Source: a virus
Lineage: Duplodnaviria > Caudoviricetes
Length of the DNA: 48,892 nucleotides
Virus record (IMG/VR): IMGVR_UViG_3300037761_000147
Coordinates: 1-48,892 of that record
Direction: 5' to 3' (one strand)
This document shows positions 44,149 to 48,892 of this stretch, in pieces; position 1 is the first letter of the stretch, and each line of letters starts with the position of its first letter. The notes beneath the pieces are model-generated. The model was not told where the DNA came from, ran no database searches, and saw nothing but the letters and a program-made list of their open reading frames with translations. Position numbers and translations under genes: made by a program.

Positions 44149-44187
44149 AGCACCAGCATGAGCATGAGCACCAGCACCAGCACGAGC
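44149..44187 (+). repeat. Tandem hexamer repeat AGCA(CC/TG/CG) x6.5
   Basis: AGCACC AGCATG AGCATG AGCACC AGCACC AGCACG AGC. Confidence 0.85.
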
Positions 44188-44219
44188 CAATTTCGGGTAC
44201 CGGCGAAGGGGCTACGTAG

Positions 44220-44774
44220 GTGCAGGATCTATTCGACGTACCGCCAGGCTCACCGTGGAAGTGGGGCGGATACCGCCCCACCCCACAGTTCAATACGGAG
44301 CGGGAGTTGGCTAACCATGTATTGTCCGAATTCTACGAGGACTTCACGATTGATCGTGAAGTTCCAGGCTGGCACTGCACCGGGAAGCGCCTTCGCCTCG
44401 ACGCGGTAGTGATCCCGAAGGATACATATGGCTGGCTTGACGGAAATGAGACCGCGCTGGGTATCGAGTTCAAACTTCCTGGCAGCCTGAATGGCATTAA
44501 AGATTACGGGAAGTGGTTCGCTCAGTGCGTCGACTATACCCATTCGATCTGGTCATCCTACGGCCGCATCCCCATATTTGCCTGCCCATTCCTGCCGTTC
44601 GGAGACCACATATTCAAGCGAGTTCTGGGCCAATTGGGGATCGGTGAACTGATCAACCTACCTCGCTATGGATGGTCGTTCGTCCGGAACGAAAGTCATC
44701 GTCAATGGTCACAGGCAAATGGTGTTGAAGAAGCGAAACGTACCCGGTTGCGTCCGGCGGCGGGGTCGCGATGA
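44220..44774 (+). CDS. Restriction-endonuclease-fold (PD-(D/E)XK-like) protein, lower GC
   Basis: E.EL...REV...RLD.V...GIEFK...Q..DY pattern; AT-richer codons. Confidence 0.65.
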   Translation: MQDLFDVPPGSPWKWGGYRPTPQFNTERELANHVLSEFYEDFTIDREVPGWHCTGKRLRLDAVVIPKDTYGWLDGNETALGIEFKLPGSLNGIKDYGKWFAQCVDYTHSIWSSYGRIPIFACPFLPFGDHIFKRVLGQLGIGELINLPRYGWSFVRNESHRQWSQANGVEEAKRTRLRPAAGSR

Positions 44775-47071
44775 CCATCACCCTGGCCGCTGCCGCCCGG
44801 ATCTGGCAAGACGCCGGGTTCGGCCCCATCGCCACCATGCCCGGCGAGAAACGCCCCAACGGAGCCTGGCGCCAATACCAACAGGAACCCGCGCCGCTGA
44901 CCACCGTGATCGCCATGCTCAACACAGGATGCCGGCTCGGGTTGGTCCTGCTGCCCGGTCAGGAGGCGATCGACGTGGAAGGGCGGGCCGTCCAGGACGG
45001 CACCTGGTCGAAGGTGCTCGACGCCGCGCACGAGGCCGGCATGGCCGGTTTGCTCGCCCGGGTGATGGGCGGCTACCACGAAACCAGCCCCTCCGGTGGA
45101 ATCCACATCCTCTGGCGATGCGAAGCGGTCGAGGGAAATCAGAAGCTGGCCTCCCGCCCCCGCGACGGTGGGGAGGACGCGCTGATCGAAACCCGCGGCC
45201 CCGGCGGGTTCCTGGTGGTCGCCCCCTCAACCGACTACCAGCGGCAGGCCGGAGCGCCGGCGTCCGTGGTGACGATCACCCCGGAGGAGCGGGACGACCT
45301 TCTAAGCCTGTTCAGGGCACACGATGAGCGCCACCCACCCCAGGACACCCCGGCCGACCTGTTCTCCGGGCCAGCAGCCAACGAGGACGGGCTACGCCCC
45401 GGCGACGACTACAACACCCGCGCGACGTGGGAAGAAGTGCTGGAACCCGCCGGCTGGGTGAAAGTCCGCCAAGGCGGTCGCGGAGAAACCTGGTGGCGCC
45501 GTCCGGGAAAGGAACGCGGCTGGTCGGCAACAACCGGTGCCACCGCCAACGACACCCTCCACGTCCACTCCACCTCTACACTGTTCGACCCGTCGCCGGT
45601 GTCGTACTCCAAGTTCTCCGCCTACGCGCTGATGTGCCACGGGGGAGATCACCACGCCGCAGCAAAAGAGTTGGTCCGGCTGGGCTACGGCGACCAGCCG
45701 GTCGCCGTCGACAGCCACGGGGTGAGGACGGTCGAGCCCGAGCGGTACACCGACCTCGGCAACGCTCGCAGGCTTGTGGCCGAGCACGGCCACAAGCTAC
45801 GCCACGTCCCCGCCTGGGAACGGTGGTACACCTGGGACGGGAAACGCTGGGCGGTCGACGACACCGGCGAGGCACACCGGTGCGCCAAGACCATGGCCCA
45901 CAACCTTGTCGACGAAGCCACCACCGAACCGGACGAGGACAAGCGGAAGAAGTTGGTGTCCGCTGCCAGACGGGCTGAGTCCTGGCCCGGCATCCGCGCC
46001 ATGCTCGCACTGGCCGCCACCGAACCCGGCATCGCGCTGGCACCCTCGCAGCTTGACGCCCATCCGACGCTGCTGAACACCCGGACCGGTGTGCTGGACT
46101 TGGACACTGGTCAGGTCCGGGAGCACGACCCGACGCTGCACCTGACGAAGATCACCGGCGCTGGCTACGACCCGCAGGCGGCCGCCCCGGAGTTCACCAG
46201 CTTCCTGGAACGGGTGCAACCCGACCCGGAGATGCGCGCCTTCCTCGCCCGGCTACTCGGGCACACGCTGACCGGCCGGGTCACCGAACACCTGATGGCC
46301 ATCCTGCACGGAGTGGGAGCAAACGGGAAGTCGACGCTTACCGAGCTGGTCCGGCACGCGCTGGGTGACTACGCCGGGACCACAGATCCTGGTCTGCTCA
46401 TTGACCGCGGTGACGTTCACCCGACCGGCATCGCCGATCTGTTCGGGCTCCGCCTGGCGATCACCCACGAGACCGACTCCGGACGGCGACTGGCCGAAGG
46501 CACCATCAAACGGCTCACCGGCGGTGATCGGATCAAGGCCCGGCGGATGCGGGAGAACTTCTGGGAGTTCGACCCCACCCACTCGATCATCATGGTCACC
46601 AACCATCAACCGATCGTCAACGGTGACGACGAAGGTATCTGGCGGCGGCTCCGCATGGTCCCATGGCCGGTGGTCATACCTTTGGCTGAACGGGACGGGA
46701 AACTGCCCGAGCGGTTGATCACAGAGATTGATGGTGTTCTTTCCTGGTTGGTCACCGGCTATCAGGAGTATCGATCCCGAGGGTTAGCGGAACCGGGCGC
46801 GGTAACCGCCGCAACAGCCGCATACCGGGCCGAGTCCGACGCGCTCGGACGGTTTCTCGAAGAGCGTTGCATTCTCGGCGCAGGGTTCCGGACCCGCTCC
46901 GCTGAGTTGTTCGCGGCGTGGTCCGCGTGGTGTTCGGGTGAGGGTGTCGCCGCCGGCACACAGAAGGCGTTCTCCACCAACCTCACTAACCGTGGTTACG
47001 ACAAGTCGATCGGTGGCGGTCGCGTGGTCTGGCACGGTATCGGGATCGTATCGGACAGTGACGAGGAATGA
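44771..47071 (+). CDS. Bifunctional primase-polymerase fused to D5/P4-type SF3 helicase
   Basis: IDVE, TSPSGGIH, GGFLVVAPS; TDLGNA, W..WDG.RW, G.GANGKST (Walker A), IKRLTGGD.I.AR, WRR. Confidence 0.92.
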   Translation: MTITLAAAARIWQDAGFGPIATMPGEKRPNGAWRQYQQEPAPLTTVIAMLNTGCRLGLVLLPGQEAIDVEGRAVQDGTWSKVLDAAHEAGMAGLLARVMGGYHETSPSGGIHILWRCEAVEGNQKLASRPRDGGEDALIETRGPGGFLVVAPSTDYQRQAGAPASVVTITPEERDDLLSLFRAHDERHPPQDTPADLFSGPAANEDGLRPGDDYNTRATWEEVLEPAGWVKVRQGGRGETWWRRPGKERGWSATTGATANDTLHVHSTSTLFDPSPVSYSKFSAYALMCHGGDHHAAAKELVRLGYGDQPVAVDSHGVRTVEPERYTDLGNARRLVAEHGHKLRHVPAWERWYTWDGKRWAVDDTGEAHRCAKTMAHNLVDEATTEPDEDKRKKLVSAARRAESWPGIRAMLALAATEPGIALAPSQLDAHPTLLNTRTGVLDLDTGQVREHDPTLHLTKITGAGYDPQAAAPEFTSFLERVQPDPEMRAFLARLLGHTLTGRVTEHLMAILHGVGANGKSTLTELVRHALGDYAGTTDPGLLIDRGDVHPTGIADLFGLRLAITHETDSGRRLAEGTIKRLTGGDRIKARRMRENFWEFDPTHSIIMVTNHQPIVNGDDEGIWRRLRMVPWPVVIPLAERDGKLPERLITEIDGVLSWLVTGYQEYRSRGLAEPGAVTAATAAYRAESDALGRFLEERCILGAGFRTRSAELFAAWSAWCSGEGVAAGTQKAFSTNLTNRGYDKSIGGGRVVWHGIGIVSDSDEE

Positions 47072-47106
47072 TCAACAATGACTAACCGTGACGACACCAC
47101 TGCAAA

Positions 47107-47191
47107 GGTGAGGGTTGGTGAGGGTCCACCTATTTCCCCCATGCGCGCGCGCGTAGGGGGGGTATTAGCTGAACCCTCACCAACCCTCACC
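47107..47191. other. Putative replication origin: 19-bp perfect inverted repeat of tandem iterons around a (GC)n core
   Basis: GGTGAGGGTTGGTGAGGGT (47107-47125) / ACCCTCACCAACCCTCACC (47173-47191); central CCCCC-ATGCGCGCGCGCGT-AGGGGG; directly after primase-helicase. Confidence 0.65.
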
Positions 47192-47298
47192 AAAACAGGT
47201 GTTCGAATCAGCGCACCACGTCGCCCCACCCACCCCACCGAACCCGCCGACCACTGCCGGCCCTGCCGCTCGGAGCGGCTCGCCGAAACGGAGAGCAC

Positions 47299-47577
47299 AT
47301 GACCGCCACCGAAGGACCGAAGAAGACCCTCGTCCTGCACATCACCGTCCCCGGCTTCCACGCCGACGACCTCGACGACTGCGCCCGGGAGATGGCCGAC
47401 GGCGACCCTGGTCCCGAAGACCGCCTCGAAGTCGTCCTCGAAGAGTGGATGCGCGAGGAGGTCGGCATCACCCTCGTCTCACTGCCCGGCGAGAAGTGCT
47501 CGAGCGACGACTTCGAGGTCCACACCTACACCGGCCGCATCGTCGGCGCCGAACTCATGGAAGGCAACCAGCCATGA
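47299..47577 (+). CDS. Acidic hypothetical protein
   Basis: GGAGAG RBS. Confidence 0.65.
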   Translation: MTATEGPKKTLVLHITVPGFHADDLDDCAREMADGDPGPEDRLEVVLEEWMREEVGITLVSLPGEKCSSDDFEVHTYTGRIVGAELMEGNQP

Positions 47578-47879
47578 CCAACCATCTCGCCGACGAACTC
47601 CGGCAAATCGTCACCGACCTCGACCAACTCGACGACCACCACTTCCGCACCCCAGTCCGCCGCCGGCTGCTGACGCTCATCGCCCACGTGGAACGGCTCC
47701 ACGACGAGCCGGAGCCGGCCGAGCTCGAAGTCGCCGGCCTGGATCCGGAGCAGGAGATCCGGGCCCGGGCGTTGGACGCCGTGGCCCGACTCTTCACGGG
47801 CGACCCGCCGACCATGTTCGGCGCGACCGAGTTGGCCGGCGACTTCGCCGGCTGGATCCGCGACGGAGCCCGACCATGA
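47574..47879 (+). CDS. Hypothetical protein
   Basis: ATGA overlaps; EIRARAL..VA motif. Confidence 0.65.
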   Translation: MTNHLADELRQIVTDLDQLDDHHFRTPVRRRLLTLIAHVERLHDEPEPAELEVAGLDPEQEIRARALDAVARLFTGDPPTMFGATELAGDFAGWIRDGARP

Positions 47880-48052
47880 CCGCCACACCGCCACCGGCCA
47901 CACCCGCCGGCCAGCCTGAGACGGAGCTGACCATGGCTGGGCGCCGTTGGGCCGACGAGCACGATTGCACCTGTCCCACCGTCGGCGCCGGGCGCGCATC
48001 GGACTGCCCCACCCACGGCACCGCCACCACCGAGGAGGCCACCGATGTCTGA
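47876..48052 (+). CDS. Small protein with CTCP...CPTHG motif
   Basis: ATGA overlap; read manually (58 aa). Confidence 0.55.
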   Translation: MTATPPPATPAGQPETELTMAGRRWADEHDCTCPTVGAGRASDCPTHGTATTEEATDV

Positions 48053-48892
48053 GCAGCCGATCAACTGGCATGTCACCGCATGCGTCCACCGCCCGATCAC
48101 CGGGGCACAGGCGGATGGGCTGTTCGACACGCTGGCCGACGCGGCGCACGGCTGGGAGCCGGACGGGGTGGATGTGGACGTGTCCGGCGGGCCGTGCTGC
48201 TGCCGGGAGTCGCCGGCCGCCGTGGCCCGGGTGGTGCAAGCAGCCCGTGCCTGGCGATTCCAGTTTGCTCCCGGCTCTCATCCGTCGAGGGGGCCGCGCG
48301 CCAGCGCCCTCACCACCGCCGTGGACGCGCTCGACGCCGACGCCGACCCGGCCACCGAACGCGACTTCGACCAGGCGGCCGCCGCCGGCACGCCGGTCAC
48401 CGTGGTCGGCACCCCACCCTGGCAGGTGCACGACAGCCCACCACCCACCCACGGCACACCCGCCGTGGAGCCGGCCGGCTGGGACCGGGAGACGATCGAC
48501 TGGCTCGCGACCTGGTTGGACGACAACGGCAGTCCCCACGCCAACCAGCTGCGCGCCCTGCTCGCCGAACGGGACCGGTGGCGCCAGCGGGCCGAGACCG
48601 CGGAGGCCCGGGTGGACGGGCAGGCATGGGCTGAGCTGACCGCCGAGGTGAAGCGGCTGGACATGGCGTTGCGGGTACAGATGGAGATCAACAACAGGCT
48701 CCGCGCCGACTCGCAGGCTGCCATGGTCACCGTCGGGGCGCTGCGGGACGAGCTGTCCACCACCGACCGCGACACCGACCACGAGCTTTGCCTGACGCAG
48801 CTTCGGGAGTACGCCGAGGGCGCCCAAGCCGACCTGGCCACGGAGCGTGCTCATGTTGAGCGGCTAAAGCAGGTGGCGCTCGCCCGGCTCAA
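48045..48892 (+). CDS. 5' part of the junction-spanning coiled-coil protein (continues to 324)
   Basis: GAGGAGG RBS; no stop to the window end; absent from the ORF track because it runs off the edge. Confidence 0.8.
   Translation, partial: MSEQPINWHVTACVHRPITGAQADGLFDTLADAAHGWEPDGVDVDVSGGPCCCRESPAAVARVVQAARAWRFQFAPGSHPSRGPRASALTTAVDALDADADPATERDFDQAAAAGTPVTVVGTPPWQVHDSPPPTHGTPAVEPAGWDRETIDWLATWLDDNGSPHANQLRALLAERDRWRQRAETAEARVDGQAWAELTAEVKRLDMALRVQMEINNRLRADSQAAMVTVGALRDELSTTDRDTDHELCLTQLREYAEGAQADLATERAHVERLKQVALARL

Larger units (their letters stand above)
1..48892. mobile_element. Complete temperate actinobacteriophage (siphovirus-like, HK97-type head), circular assembly
   Basis: Packaging, head, tail, lysis, integration/immunity and replication modules are all present; no host housekeeping genes; terminal 53-bp duplication. 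Confidence 0.95.

Noticed and set aside
1-48892. tRNA, tmRNA or other structured RNA genes
   Set aside because: No cloverleaf or T-loop signature recognised in the intergenic gaps; tRNAscan-SE and Infernal would be needed to exclude them

Overview
The window is a complete, circularly assembled genome of a temperate, GC-rich actinobacterial siphophage: bases 1-53 repeat at 48840-48892, giving a unit length of about 48,839 bp. The gene families suggest a filamentous actinomycete host, possibly Micromonosporaceae (inference). Gene order: HNH, putative cos, terminase, HK97-type portal, protease and capsid; a sugar-modification cluster inside the head/neck genes; fibre, neck and tail genes; lysis; an accessory region with ParB-fold genes, a secreted peptide and a second operator/HTH switch; a tyrosine integrase-repressor-Cro switch; early genes (ParB-like, WhiB, Holliday junction resolvase, PD-(D/E)XK exonuclease, SSB-like, primase-helicase, putative ori). 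Strongest leads: (1) a six-enzyme candidate virion-glycosylation pathway (GT4, RmlB-like dehydratase, plant-type RGP/UDP-arabinopyranose mutase, SAM methyltransferase, DUF3431-like protein, CgeB-like GT) next to a Thr-rich repeat fibre; (2) four ParB-fold genes with no ParA, two carrying a palindrome inside an atypical-composition patch of their own coding sequence; (3) a terminator-bracketed ParB-ParB/secreted-peptide moron; (4) a split tail-tip protein with an inserted M14 zinc peptidase; (5) a likely attP inside the repressor gene. All family calls come from motif recognition by eye; no searches were run.
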